From a virus (Duplodnaviria > Caudoviricetes): a DNA stretch of 46,665 bases. How positions within the stretch are numbered: position 1 is the first letter of the stretch; every line of letters starts with the position of its first letter. Where the stretch lies: the IMG/VR virus record IMGVR_UViG_3300022173_000056, positions 1 to 46,665 of that record. One strand, written 5' to 3'. The position numbers and the translations under genes are program-made. Positions 1 through 8,697 of this stretch are shown piece by piece. The notes beneath the pieces are model-generated. The model ran no database searches and was not told where the DNA came from. It was given only the letters and a program-made list of their open reading frames with translations.

Positions 1-1020
1 GGACGCACTGCCGAAGCACTTAAAGCTGATCTTATCACTATCATCCCGCTCAAGAACGAGATCGGTCAGGACACTGGCGATATCTCGATCTATGACAAGT
101 CAAACCCTGCGGCTGGTGCCCAGATCATCCGACAGGATAAAAGAGGCGCTCCTCCTTCTGCAGTTCCGCTTCCCGGCTCTACGCCTGAAACTGGGGCGGC
201 TACTGGTGTTCTGCCTGCGGCTCCTGCTGCGTCAGATGGTACAGCCAAGCCCGGAGCGAATGGTATTCCGCAGCAGAACCCGAAATACTTCGGCAACAAG
301 GCGAGTATGTTCCTCGGTTCTGGTGTTGTGCCGTCTGCTCTCTCCGCTGCGTCAGCAGTTGGCGAACAGATCAGCCCGAAGATGGTTATCCCCGAAGGCG
401 CACAGGCTAATGACCGACAAACCATGATCGACACTCTTCGCAGCAACCTTGCCGCGATGGGACAGCTCGGCGGCGGCATTGGTGTGAATAAGGGAGTGCT
501 GGAAGGCTATCTTAAGCTCGCTCCGACTGGTGGTCCCGGTGAAAGTCCGCATGGTGCTATTCAGAAGGGCATTCGCTTATTCGAACATATCGATCAAGAG
601 ATACAAGCCGAAGAGAGCAAGTATCACAACGCTGGCTTGCCCATTGAAGAGCGTAAAGCGTCTCAGGCTCGTGCAGAAGGCTGGCGGCGTGTCCAGCGGT
701 CGATGCCGACGTATGACGAGATGCAGAAGATGGAAGAGAGCATTCGAAAGGGCACTTCTGGTGCCCCAACTGTCGCTGGCGGTGTGAAAACGCTCATGGA
801 TGCGGGCTCAAAGATACTGCGAGAGGGCAAACAGCAGGCGGAAGAGGTCACTACAGCCGCTCCCGGTGCCCTTAAACCAATGAATTTCGACACCATGAGT
901 ACGCCAGAATTGCTCGCAGTAGACCCTCGTTCTCTCAAACGAGACGACAAGATCAAGTATCTGCGTAAGCTCGATGCACTGAGAAAAGGAGTAACCGTTG
1001 GCCCAGCCGTCACTCGATGA
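1..1020 (+). CDS. Internal virion/ejection protein, C-terminal part
   Basis: Frame 1 is open from the window start to the TGA at 1020; continuation of the 45897 ORF. Confidence 0.7.
   Translation, partial: GRTAEALKADLITIIPLKNEIGQDTGDISIYDKSNPAAGAQIIRQDKRGAPPSAVPLPGSTPETGAATGVLPAAPAASDGTAKPGANGIPQQNPKYFGNKASMFLGSGVVPSALSAASAVGEQISPKMVIPEGAQANDRQTMIDTLRSNLAAMGQLGGGIGVNKGVLEGYLKLAPTGGPGESPHGAIQKGIRLFEHIDQEIQAEESKYHNAGLPIEERKASQARAEGWRRVQRSMPTYDEMQKMEESIRKGTSGAPTVAGGVKTLMDAGSKILREGKQQAEEVTTAAPGALKPMNFDTMSTPELLAVDPRSLKRDDKIKYLRKLDALRKGVTVGPAVTR
4..129. repeat. Terminal direct repeat (126 bp), copy 1; circular assembly overlap
   Basis: 4-129 is identical to 46539-46664, lies inside a CDS and preserves its frame across the join. 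Confidence 0.95.
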
Positions 1021-3781
1021 TCGAATTGATGCTTTAAAGGCTCAACTACAGCCGGTAGAAGATACGCAGGCTCCCATCTCTACTGACAACAGTCAGGGAC
1101 AGGGGCCGAAGCGTATTTACATCTATCCGCCCGCAGATAATGTGCCAACGGCTCAGCCCGGCCAAGTGCCGAACGCTGGCGGCAGCACTGACCCTAATGC
1201 GATCCCGGCAACCCCGGAAAACGTGGCTAATTCTGGTAGTGTAGTAGGTCCGAGTACCGGTAATGATGTTGTTTCTCCGCAAGGAAGCGACAATCCTAAT
1301 GCTCTGCCAGAGGCTACTCCGATAGACAATACGGCACAGCTTATCGAGCAGAAGCGGCAGCAGGCACTAGAAGGACTGAAAGCTGACGGCTTCACAGGCT
1401 ACACTCCGGATGTGAAGGCTGCAGATCACTCTCCTGATGATCAGAACGCCATTGGCTCTGCTGTGCAGGACATTGCGGCAGGTTTCAACGTCTCTCTTGC
1501 CAAAACTCTCTCGCTTCCTCGTGAAGCTGTTGATCAGGCAATGGGCCTGCTCGGCCTCGACTACATGCAACACGGTGGTCCGCAGCAGCAGACTATTGAT
1601 GCCATGAACCGCATGGGCATCCCTGCTTATGAGGTGGAAAACCTCGCTAATAAGATCGGAAGAGGAGCCCTTCCAGCTCTCGCTACGTGGGCTGCAATGC
1701 AGCTCGCAGCACCTTCTATGGCAGCAAATACAGGCATGGGAGCTGTCTCCTACATCGGTCGAAACATCGGTGAGTGGGCGATGAAGCACCCTATCGTCGG
1801 TATGTGGCTTGGACAGACCTCTTCTGCCGGTGGCGAGATCGCAGCCGACAGTTTTGGAGATAACGGCTTCTCTCGGCTCGGCGGTGAACTCGCTGGCGGT
1901 ATCGCTCCGGGTCTGATTAAGGGTGCCGCAGCTCTTCCGCTCAAGCTCATTCCGGGCAGTGGTCCTGCGCTCAAAGCTGGGGCGAATATGGTAGGAAAGC
2001 TTGCCAATGAACTCTCCGATAACCTCCCGACAGAGCTTGGCAATGCGATTAAGAAGTACAATCCGTTCTATCAGCAGCCCGTTCATACGGCTCCGAAGAC
2101 GCCTCTTATTGATGATAATCTGGATGCGAATAGGATACAGACTTTCGCGAAGGACCAAATCTACGCCGCTCAGACGTATCAGGACAAGGCGATAGAGAAC
2201 GCTATCAACTCGATCCCTACCTCTGGCACTGTCACGCAAGTACAGGCTCGGACGCATGACCTTCTGCTGAGCGCTGAGAAGATCAGCAAGCGGATCGTAA
2301 GTGGGTTCTGGGACCGTGTTCCGCTGCGTACTCGGATCAACGTCAGCGATTTGAACCGCGATGTACATGCGATCCAGCGTGAGCTGGTGGACAGCGATAA
2401 CGTGCGGCCTGATGCAATGATTGACAAGATCATCGCGACTGTAGCTCCGAAGCGTGACCCGGCGACGGGGCAGATGCTCAAAGCTCCGCAGCCGACGATC
2501 CAGAAGCTGCGTGATCTGCAGTCTCAGATCGGCACTGCGATAACAGAAGAGCGGGCTCGTGATGCTCCGCGTGAAGGACAGGTGCGTAACCTTGTGCGGC
2601 TCTCCGAAGCGATTGACGATAACATCGCCAAGCAGCTCCCCAACAACACCTCTATCGCCCAAGCTCGTGAAATGTCGAAGCGGCACAACGATCTGTTTTC
2701 CCGTGGTCCGATTAACGATATCCTTTCCAAGCGACGGACTGGTGACTTCCGTGTCCCGACTGGTGAGAGCGTTGATAGTCTCATGCAAAAGACTGATGGG
2801 TTGGCTGCGTTAAAGGCTGTGCAGGAAGGTGTCAGCAGCTATCCGCGTATCCCGACCACTCGCTTTCAAACTCGTGCTATCATGTCCAACCCCTTCGCTG
2901 TTACCCCAGCGGAGAAGCAACAGCTTGACGACATGGTAAAGTCAGCGCAGGACAGTATCCGCACTTCCTTCCGTGAAGCGAGTGAGGCAGGGCCGCAGAA
3001 GGCCGTTGCGTTCTCGCAGAAGAACCATGATGAAATCTCAGCGCTGGGCAACGTCGCAGGCGAATTGCAGTTCGCAGCGTCGAAGATTGCAGGGGCTCTG
3101 GCAGAGAAGAAATCTCTCCAAGCTTCTGCTCTCGCTCGGTTCGCAGAGACCAGCCCTGATAAGGCGGTAGCAAACATCTTCGCTCAGCGTGATCCTGCGG
3201 GCGTAGCTCGACAGCTCATGCTCACTTTCCGTGGTGATCCGGACGCATTGGAAGGTCTACGCAACGCAGTGCTTAACGAGTTCGTGTACAAGCAGGGTAA
3301 AACGAACCCGGTGCTTATGCAACGCATGATGCAGTCACCTCGCTACGGCAACCTGCTTGAAGCGGTACTCGACAGTGATCAGTTCCATCGGCTCTCCCGC
3401 ATGGTGAACACCGCAGTGAAGGTTGGTGCCGAAGATGAAACCGGTATCAAGTCAGCCTTTCGTGCCCCGTTCAAGACTGCGGGTCGTATCGCTGGTGCCG
3501 CGATTGGCCGCAAGGTTACGAACAACCTGCAAGGTCCTGCGATCTTCTCGAAAGCAGTTGGCAGTTGGGCAGAGCGTACACTGGGCGGAACGGAACCTTC
3601 CGATTTGCTTGCACAAGCGGTACTTGATCCGCACTGGGAGCAACTGCTATACTCCCGTATTCCACAGACAACGAGAGATATGAAAGCTGCAGAGACCCTT
3701 TATCGCCGTATCTTCGCAACGATCAACACCGGCCAACAGGTCGTTCTCAACCGCTTGTCCAAGGAAAAGGATAATGATTGA
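998..3781 (+). CDS. Large internal virion / DNA transfer (ejection) protein, 927 aa
   Basis: TTG start after AGGAG; Ala/Gly/Gln-rich helical composition; last structural gene before the lysis cassette, as in podoviruses. Confidence 0.65.
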   Translation: MAQPSLDDRIDALKAQLQPVEDTQAPISTDNSQGQGPKRIYIYPPADNVPTAQPGQVPNAGGSTDPNAIPATPENVANSGSVVGPSTGNDVVSPQGSDNPNALPEATPIDNTAQLIEQKRQQALEGLKADGFTGYTPDVKAADHSPDDQNAIGSAVQDIAAGFNVSLAKTLSLPREAVDQAMGLLGLDYMQHGGPQQQTIDAMNRMGIPAYEVENLANKIGRGALPALATWAAMQLAAPSMAANTGMGAVSYIGRNIGEWAMKHPIVGMWLGQTSSAGGEIAADSFGDNGFSRLGGELAGGIAPGLIKGAAALPLKLIPGSGPALKAGANMVGKLANELSDNLPTELGNAIKKYNPFYQQPVHTAPKTPLIDDNLDANRIQTFAKDQIYAAQTYQDKAIENAINSIPTSGTVTQVQARTHDLLLSAEKISKRIVSGFWDRVPLRTRINVSDLNRDVHAIQRELVDSDNVRPDAMIDKIIATVAPKRDPATGQMLKAPQPTIQKLRDLQSQIGTAITEERARDAPREGQVRNLVRLSEAIDDNIAKQLPNNTSIAQAREMSKRHNDLFSRGPINDILSKRRTGDFRVPTGESVDSLMQKTDGLAALKAVQEGVSSYPRIPTTRFQTRAIMSNPFAVTPAEKQQLDDMVKSAQDSIRTSFREASEAGPQKAVAFSQKNHDEISALGNVAGELQFAASKIAGALAEKKSLQASALARFAETSPDKAVANIFAQRDPAGVARQLMLTFRGDPDALEGLRNAVLNEFVYKQGKTNPVLMQRMMQSPRYGNLLEAVLDSDQFHRLSRMVNTAVKVGAEDETGIKSAFRAPFKTAGRIAGAAIGRKVTNNLQGPAIFSKAVGSWAERTLGGTEPSDLLAQAVLDPHWEQLLYSRIPQTTRDMKAAETLYRRIFATINTGQQVVLNRLSKEKDND

Positions 3782-3956
3782 GTTTTTCTATCGGGTTGGG
3801 GATGCCGTTTCATTGACTGTGTTGTTAGGTTATTTCGTCGCTGGGCTTCCGGTTATAGCCACGATGTTGACTGTCATCTGGACCGGCATTCGTATCTATC
3901 AGGAGCCAACGATCCAACGCTGGCTCGGTAAGGATAAAGATGGCTCTATTAGCTGA
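3774..3956 (+). CDS. Putative holin (60 aa)
   Basis: Hydrophobic segments, WTGIRIYQ motif, charged C-terminus; immediately upstream of the lysin. Confidence 0.65.
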   Translation: MIEFFYRVGDAVSLTVLLGYFVAGLPVIATMLTVIWTGIRIYQEPTIQRWLGKDKDGSIS

Positions 3957-4734
3957 GAACACTCGACGCTGGAAGACGATGGTAGTGAAGCCCGAAGCAC
4001 GGAGGCAAGCACTGCACTTCGCTGCGCGGGCTCTTGTGTATAAGGATAAGTACGTTGACCTCGTTGCACAGATCAAACGGATATACAATCTGGACATTCC
4101 ATGGTGGTTCGTTCCTCTGGTTCATGAGAGGGAGTGTACACGAGGAGTAGACAACTGGAGCTGTAACATCGCCCAAGGCACTCCGTTCTCTCAGCACTCG
4201 CGGATCAAGCCCTATAATGGGCCATTCTCGTCTTGGCGTGTCGCTGCGATACAGGCACTGGTGAACGAAGCTCCAAAGGCTGCTCGGAACACGAACTGGT
4301 CTGGCGGCGGCACTATGACGATAGGTGAGCAGTACAACGGGCTCGGCTATGCTCGTATGGGCAAGCCCTCTCCATACATCTGGTCTGGCACTCAGCACTA
4401 CGTCTCAGGGAAGTATGTTCGTGATGGAAAGTACAGTGCGAAGTGCGTAGACACGCAGCTCGGCATGGCAGTGGCGTTGAAGGCTCTCATGGAGCTGGAC
4501 CCTACTATCCAACTCGACGGTGATCTGCCTGCACAGGATAAGACAGCTCGGAAGAGTGAGACCGCAGTCGGCACCGGCATCTTCGCAAGCATACTGGCCT
4601 TCATCAATACTAATCCGTGGTTCACGTTCACATGGCTGGATATCACTGGTATCCTCGTCGGCACCTCGATCCTCGTCGGCGTGATCGTCTATCAGATCAT
4701 CAAGCACAAGAGGAGTGCCGTCGATGTTCACTAA
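3940..4734 (+). CDS. Endolysin, lysozyme-like family (COG5526-like) with C-terminal hydrophobic segments
   Basis: IPWWFVPLVHERE, EQYNGLGY, PSPYIWSGT, GKYVRDG and VDTQLG motifs; lysis cassette context. Confidence 0.75.
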   Translation: MALLAENTRRWKTMVVKPEARRQALHFAARALVYKDKYVDLVAQIKRIYNLDIPWWFVPLVHERECTRGVDNWSCNIAQGTPFSQHSRIKPYNGPFSSWRVAAIQALVNEAPKAARNTNWSGGGTMTIGEQYNGLGYARMGKPSPYIWSGTQHYVSGKYVRDGKYSAKCVDTQLGMAVALKALMELDPTIQLDGDLPAQDKTARKSETAVGTGIFASILAFINTNPWFTFTWLDITGILVGTSILVGVIVYQIIKHKRSAVDVH

Positions 4735-5077
4735 GATCGCTGCATGGTGGAACTACAGTAGGATCATATTCCTACAAGTAGTCGGCTTCCTCGTCCTGAT
4801 CATAAACGAGCTGCTTCCCATGTTGATGGGCTTCGACTTCGAAGCTTTCTTCACCCATGAGATCAGCGTCATGATCATACTGGGCATCCAAGTCGCCACA
4901 GCCGTTCTGCGTTTAAACACGTTTGCCCCGGTCGGGGCGACGGCTGAGGACAAGGAAGCGCTCAGCTCTGTGATTAACTCCTCTGTCATCACCGGCAGCT
5001 CGGGCCGAGACTATGACGTAGGGGACAACATCAAGCAGGTTGACGAGCCCAGCCAGCGCTCACCGAAAGCAGAATGA
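4724..5077 (+). CDS. Membrane protein of the lysis cassette (holin/antiholin-like)
   Basis: Two predicted TM helices; GAGGAG RBS; follows the lysin. Confidence 0.55.
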   Translation: MFTKIAAWWNYSRIIFLQVVGFLVLIINELLPMLMGFDFEAFFTHEISVMIILGIQVATAVLRLNTFAPVGATAEDKEALSSVINSSVITGSSGRDYDVGDNIKQVDEPSQRSPKAE

Positions 5078-5078
5078 C

Positions 5079-5495
5079 ATGTGGGCCACTCTTGTATCGA
5101 TAATCACTGGACCCCTGCTTAAAACAGCACTGGGGGCCTATGTAGAGAAGCTCAAAGCCAGCGGGCAACATGAGAATAAGGTGGTCGAGCTGGCGGCTCG
5201 GACGCTGGAACTCGATGCGCAGGAAGCGCGTTTAAACGCAGATACCAAGCGCAATATCCTTGGGCACTGGTATGCCCCGGAGAACCTGTTCGCCTACTTC
5301 ATCGCCTTCCCGTACTGGTTCAAGGCGGTGACGGTGGACAACGTGATAGGCTCGATCTGGGAGCTGGGCTGGTCTACGCCAGCTCTGCAGGGCGCTACAG
5401 CCGAGATTATGATGATGGTCATGGTGTTCTGGTTCGGCAAGCGCAGTATCACCACGGTCGCCACGATACTGGCCAGCGCATTTGGGAAGCGTTGA
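5079..5495 (+). CDS. Membrane protein, 3-TM holin-like
   Basis: Amphipathic N-terminus, coiled segment, two TM helices, FWFGKRS motif near the C-terminus. Confidence 0.55.
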   Translation: MWATLVSIITGPLLKTALGAYVEKLKASGQHENKVVELAARTLELDAQEARLNADTKRNILGHWYAPENLFAYFIAFPYWFKAVTVDNVIGSIWELGWSTPALQGATAEIMMMVMVFWFGKRSITTVATILASAFGKR

Positions 5496-5520
5496 CAATA
5501 GGAACTCTCTCCTATATAGT
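5492..5520 (+). promoter_or_regulatory. Sigma70-type promoter TTGACA-N17-TATAGT
   Basis: Near-consensus -35 (5492-5497) and -10 (5515-5520) with a 17 bp spacer. Confidence 0.7.
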
Positions 5521-5526
5521 ATCTTC

Positions 5527-5591
5527 TGGTGATCCCTCACCACTTCTCCACAAAGTTAGACCCCGGCTTGCTCCTCCGGGGTCTTTCTTTT
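5527..5591 (+). ncRNA. Candidate small RNA (about 65 nt) with C/U-rich anti-SD-like motifs
   Basis: Lies between the promoter and the terminator with no ORF; hairpin TGGTGA-TCCC-TCACCA, CTTCTCCA linker, CTCCTCC in the terminator hairpin. Confidence 0.5.
5558..5591 (+). terminator. Rho-independent terminator at the convergence of the late and replication blocks
   Basis: AGACCCCGG/CCGGGGTCT stem followed by TTCTTTT. Confidence 0.85.
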
Positions 5592-5592
5592 G

Positions 5593-6021
5593 TCAGCCCT
5601 CACCGCGAGATGCGTTGACGAGCTTGAAGCCTATGGCTCCATCATGCGGACGCCAGCCGAAATAGAACTCGCAGACGCCGTAGTATGAGATGAAAGGTAG
5701 ATACAGCCACCCAATTCTGGTAACTGCCCACTTCCATCCGCGTTGCGGAGGCGTGGTGTCGGCATAGGTGACGGCCAGAGCTGGGGCTGGGCCGGTGACA
5801 CTGCGAACAACACCTTGCACTCCGATTACCTGTCCGAAGAAATTCCCCAGTGGATTACGCAGCCACCAGAGAATGTTCCTCAGTGTTTGGTTCTTCACGT
5901 TCGGTCGATACGGAAAGCCGTTGTTGGATACCGGAGCGCTGTAGTCATCTCCTGACATGAGCCACCAGTACCAACGGTCTCGCTTAACAGGCGTTCCCTG
6001 TACGACAACAGTCTCAATCAC
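5593..6021 (-). CDS. Hypothetical Trp-rich phage protein
   Basis: WWLRNP and FYFGWRP motifs; ATGA-type coupling to the upstream gene. Confidence 0.7.
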   Translation of the reverse strand: MIETVVVQGTPVKRDRWYWWLMSGDDYSAPVSNNGFPYRPNVKNQTLRNILWWLRNPLGNFFGQVIGVQGVVRSVTGPAPALAVTYADTTPPQRGWKWAVTRIGWLYLPFISYYGVCEFYFGWRPHDGAIGFKLVNASRGEG

Positions 6022-6248
6022 TGCGCAACTACCCTCTTCGCAGCACGGGCACGAGCGGCCTTGGCTGCGTCCAAGCGGTTTTCCAGTACGGTCACTCGAC
6101 CGTCGAGAGACTGCAGCGTCGGCACCGACATGGGAGCCTTGTACTCAATCTTCTCTGTCTTCACTACCTTCGGCTTGTCCTTGCGCTCACACGCAGCAAC
6201 CGACACGGCCAACAGCATCACCATTGCAATGGATGCGATCTTTTTCAT
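6018..6248 (-). CDS. Putative lipoprotein
   Basis: MKKIASIAMVMLLAVSVAAC signal peptide with lipobox Cys. Confidence 0.7.
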   Translation of the reverse strand: MKKIASIAMVMLLAVSVAACERKDKPKVVKTEKIEYKAPMSVPTLQSLDGRVTVLENRLDAAKAARARAAKRVVAQ

Positions 6249-6259
6249 TCTGGGGTTCC

Positions 6260-6475
6260 TTAGTCTGCGATCCACGGAGGACCTTCATGTTCACGACGAT
6301 TAAGCTCTCGCTCAATCTCTTTGACGATTGTAGCACTAATGTCGTATGAATGTGAAGAGGTGTAAAAGTGCGGGCGCAACTGGTTATTCCAGAAGTCCCG
6401 CTCTTTCATAAGCTCCTCGTCCGTCATCTCGGAGATCGACTTCTCGTCTCCGGTTCCGCACGTAGCGATGGTCAT
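6260..6475 (-). CDS. Hypothetical protein
   Basis: ATG overlaps the stop of the upstream gene (ATGA); GGAG RBS. Confidence 0.6.
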   Translation of the reverse strand: MTIATCGTGDEKSISEMTDEELMKERDFWNNQLRPHFYTSSHSYDISATIVKEIERELNRREHEGPPWIAD

Positions 6476-7197
6476 TTCTTCTCCATCTTCTCGATGATCA
6501 ACTCTAGTCTGGCGAGTGCGTTCCAAGCAACGGCAGTTGCGTGAAGTACATTTGCTGGGTACTTGGGATCGTTGACCACTTCCATGTCCCATAGTCCCTC
6601 AATCGCTTCCTTGGCAGCATGGCGACCGAGAGCATCGCCATAACGTCCGATACCGTCAGGGACTGTTCGCCAGCCTTCCCAAGTGTATTTGTTTGCACCG
6701 TAGAGGCTGAGCCCGCCGACTGCGAGAACGGCTCGGGGAAAGTATTGGAGAACTCCCCGAAAAACAGGGCTCTTTCCAGCATCAAGCTTAGCTCCCGGCT
6801 GGCCCGCTCCGAGGCCATTAGGGTCAGTTTCGAGTTTGGGAGCGGCTCCGGGTGCAAACTGAATGTCCAGTCCGAGTGCGTCTGCGAGAGCCTTTTCTGC
6901 ACGAGCCCCTTTCGAGTTCTCCCAGCCGGGAAGAAGGTAAATTCCTTCGGCGTTGAGTGCGATCCAACTAGTGTCGTCTTTAAGAGCTTCTCGAAGAGAG
7001 AACCCTTTCTGTGCAGCGGCGACTTCATCGCCAGTGGTATTTCCATCTGCGAAGCCGACCCCATGAGCCTCTTCATCTCTGCGGGCTGGATTGAATACGG
7101 TGTGGCCATCTGCTTTCAGAAGCTCCTCTGCTGCGAAGAAGGCGGGGAAGTTGAACTCAGCGATCCCACGCATTGGTCCTGCGATGTAAATCTTCAT
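6472..7197 (-). CDS. Fusion of a DUF4406/nucleoside 2-deoxyribosyltransferase-like domain and a DUF5664 dATP/dGTP diphosphohydrolase-like domain
   Basis: N-terminal IYIAGPMRG..FNFPAF..VFNPA..LPGWENSKGARAE; C-terminal GAKLDAGK..YGANKY..W..RYGDALGRH..HATAVAWNAL. Confidence 0.8.
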   Translation of the reverse strand: MKIYIAGPMRGIAEFNFPAFFAAEELLKADGHTVFNPARRDEEAHGVGFADGNTTGDEVAAAQKGFSLREALKDDTSWIALNAEGIYLLPGWENSKGARAEKALADALGLDIQFAPGAAPKLETDPNGLGAGQPGAKLDAGKSPVFRGVLQYFPRAVLAVGGLSLYGANKYTWEGWRTVPDGIGRYGDALGRHAAKEAIEGLWDMEVVNDPKYPANVLHATAVAWNALARLELIIEKMEKK

Positions 7198-7271
7198 GGC
7201 GTTCCTCCGAAGATAACGACAACGACGACGATAGCGATGATAACCCAGACAAAATTAAGCTCCGGTTGCAT
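7194..7271 (-). CDS. 25-aa single-TM micropeptide (MQPELNFVWVIIAIVVVVVIFGGTP)
   Basis: GGAG RBS; fills the gap; its stop overlaps the next ATG; not in the ORF track. Confidence 0.5.
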   Translation of the reverse strand: MQPELNFVWVIIAIVVVVVIFGGTP

Positions 7272-7527
7272 ATACATCTCCATTCTCTACAATCTTCTTG
7301 TCCTCGTATGGTGCCATGACCCGACGATAGAACTCCAACTTCGCACCTTCCAACGCTCCGAGAACATCGTTGAGGTCTTGATAGCGATAGATGCCAACGT
7401 TCGCGAGATAGAGCTGCACCATGCCTGCTATAACGTACTGCAGCTCCCCAGCGTTTGCTGGGAAGCCATCTGCGAACTCAAACATGGTATCAAGTGACTT
7501 GCGCTGCTCCTGTTTAATATACGGCAT
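7255..7527 (-). CDS. Conserved phage protein (DUF6899-like)
   Basis: MPYI..R, GELQY, GALEGAKLEFYRRVMAPYEDKKIVENGDV signature. Confidence 0.75.
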   Translation of the reverse strand: MPYIKQEQRKSLDTMFEFADGFPANAGELQYVIAGMVQLYLANVGIYRYQDLNDVLGALEGAKLEFYRRVMAPYEDKKIVENGDVYATGA

Positions 7528-7563
7528 CAGTATGCTCCTCGATATGGAATACGATCTAGCACA

Positions 7564-8697
7564 TCAGCCGGTTCGCTGTTTGAAACCGGGGCCTGCGATT
7601 GTGACAGTGTGCCGGAAGCGCTCTCCGGTGTCACGGTGATGTGTGATAGCAACCATGCTTCGACCGCTGCTATAACCTGACTGGGAAGCCCATGCGTCTT
7701 TTCCTGCGAGAGTGCGGAAAGTTTCCCATGTAGCTCCAAAACGCTCGCCCCCACCGATACTTTTATGATGAACGTGTCCGAGGTAGACATATCTATGCTC
7801 CGTTTCTCCCCAGTCCTTGGCAGCGTAAGCCGCCATGACCGAGGGCATGTCTGTCGCCTTAATCATATCGCCGTGTGTTGCTCCGACGAGGACTTTTCCA
7901 AATCGCCAGAAGTAAAACGGGCTTGGGTCTCTGCTGATATGAACCCGAGGGTTGTTCCGAAACGCCATACGGATAGAGGAATTGAGCGCAATAGTCGCGT
8001 AAGGATCGTGGTTTCCGGGCAGGTTTCGTACTTCAACGCACTCGTGCTTGGTGAGGGCAAGCTCAATTGCAGAGAGTTGGAGATCGACCCCGATCTCAAG
8101 GATTTTGGCGTATCGTCCATCTGCGTCGAGAACGTTTCCGCTTCGCTCGGTGCGATTGCGATTGTTGTCGGAATGGAAGAAGTCTCCAATGTTGAGGATG
8201 ACTGCTCGGGTTGAGGCAGGGGCTTGCTCAACAAGTTCGTTGAGACTTTCTCGGAGGATTTTTTGGGCAATCGAGAGATCATAGTTTGCTCCTGTTTCAG
8301 GCTCCCAGCTATACAAGCCGAGATGGTGATCGATGATCGGATAGAACGTGGCAAGATCATCGTTAGTGGGTTTGAGAACGCGGTTGATGACGGGAATAAT
8401 TCCCTCGTGGTGTTTCATCGCTGCGTCGATTGCTTCCACTGTAGCGTCATAGGTCTCAGCGTCGGGCCGAAGCCTTGTCCACTCGTCCGCAATTTCTCCC
8501 TTGTGTCGATGGACCGTAACGCGCTCAATGTTGTATCCCGGAGCTATGCCACTTTCCGGCGTCTCTGTCAAGCCCTTTCGAGCTGACTGCCCCAGATGCC
8601 ATCGGACAGTCGAACGGGACAGCCCCAGCTCCTTAGCCGTAGCGGTAGCGTTGCGGTCCAGTCGCTCGTATACTGCTAGAACGTCTGCATTCGTCAT
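7564..8697 (-). CDS. Calcineurin-like metallophosphoesterase with N-terminal HTH
   Basis: DHH, GDFFH, GNHD, HGD and GHVHH metal motifs; ATAKELGLSRSTV HTH. Confidence 0.85.
   Translation of the reverse strand: MTNADVLAVYERLDRNATATAKELGLSRSTVRWHLGQSARKGLTETPESGIAPGYNIERVTVHRHKGEIADEWTRLRPDAETYDATVEAIDAAMKHHEGIIPVINRVLKPTNDDLATFYPIIDHHLGLYSWEPETGANYDLSIAQKILRESLNELVEQAPASTRAVILNIGDFFHSDNNRNRTERSGNVLDADGRYAKILEIGVDLQLSAIELALTKHECVEVRNLPGNHDPYATIALNSSIRMAFRNNPRVHISRDPSPFYFWRFGKVLVGATHGDMIKATDMPSVMAAYAAKDWGETEHRYVYLGHVHHKSIGGGERFGATWETFRTLAGKDAWASQSGYSSGRSMVAITHHRDTGERFRHTVTIAGPGFKQRTG

Noticed and set aside
1-129. 126-bp terminal repeat as a biological DTR
   Set aside because: It lies mid-gene and has a length typical of assembler k-mer overlap; treated as a circularisation artefact
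1367-2788. 473-aa antisense ORF and other long shadow ORFs (e.g. 6619-7497, 34572-35372)
   Set aside because: They lie opposite well-supported genes and have no motifs; expected from codon bias
6472-7527. 2-aminoadenine (Z) genome pathway
   Set aside because: No PurZ or DatZ-like HD phosphohydrolase visible
7527-7790. 87-aa ORF overlapping the phosphoesterase
   Set aside because: It mostly overlaps conserved catalytic motifs in another frame
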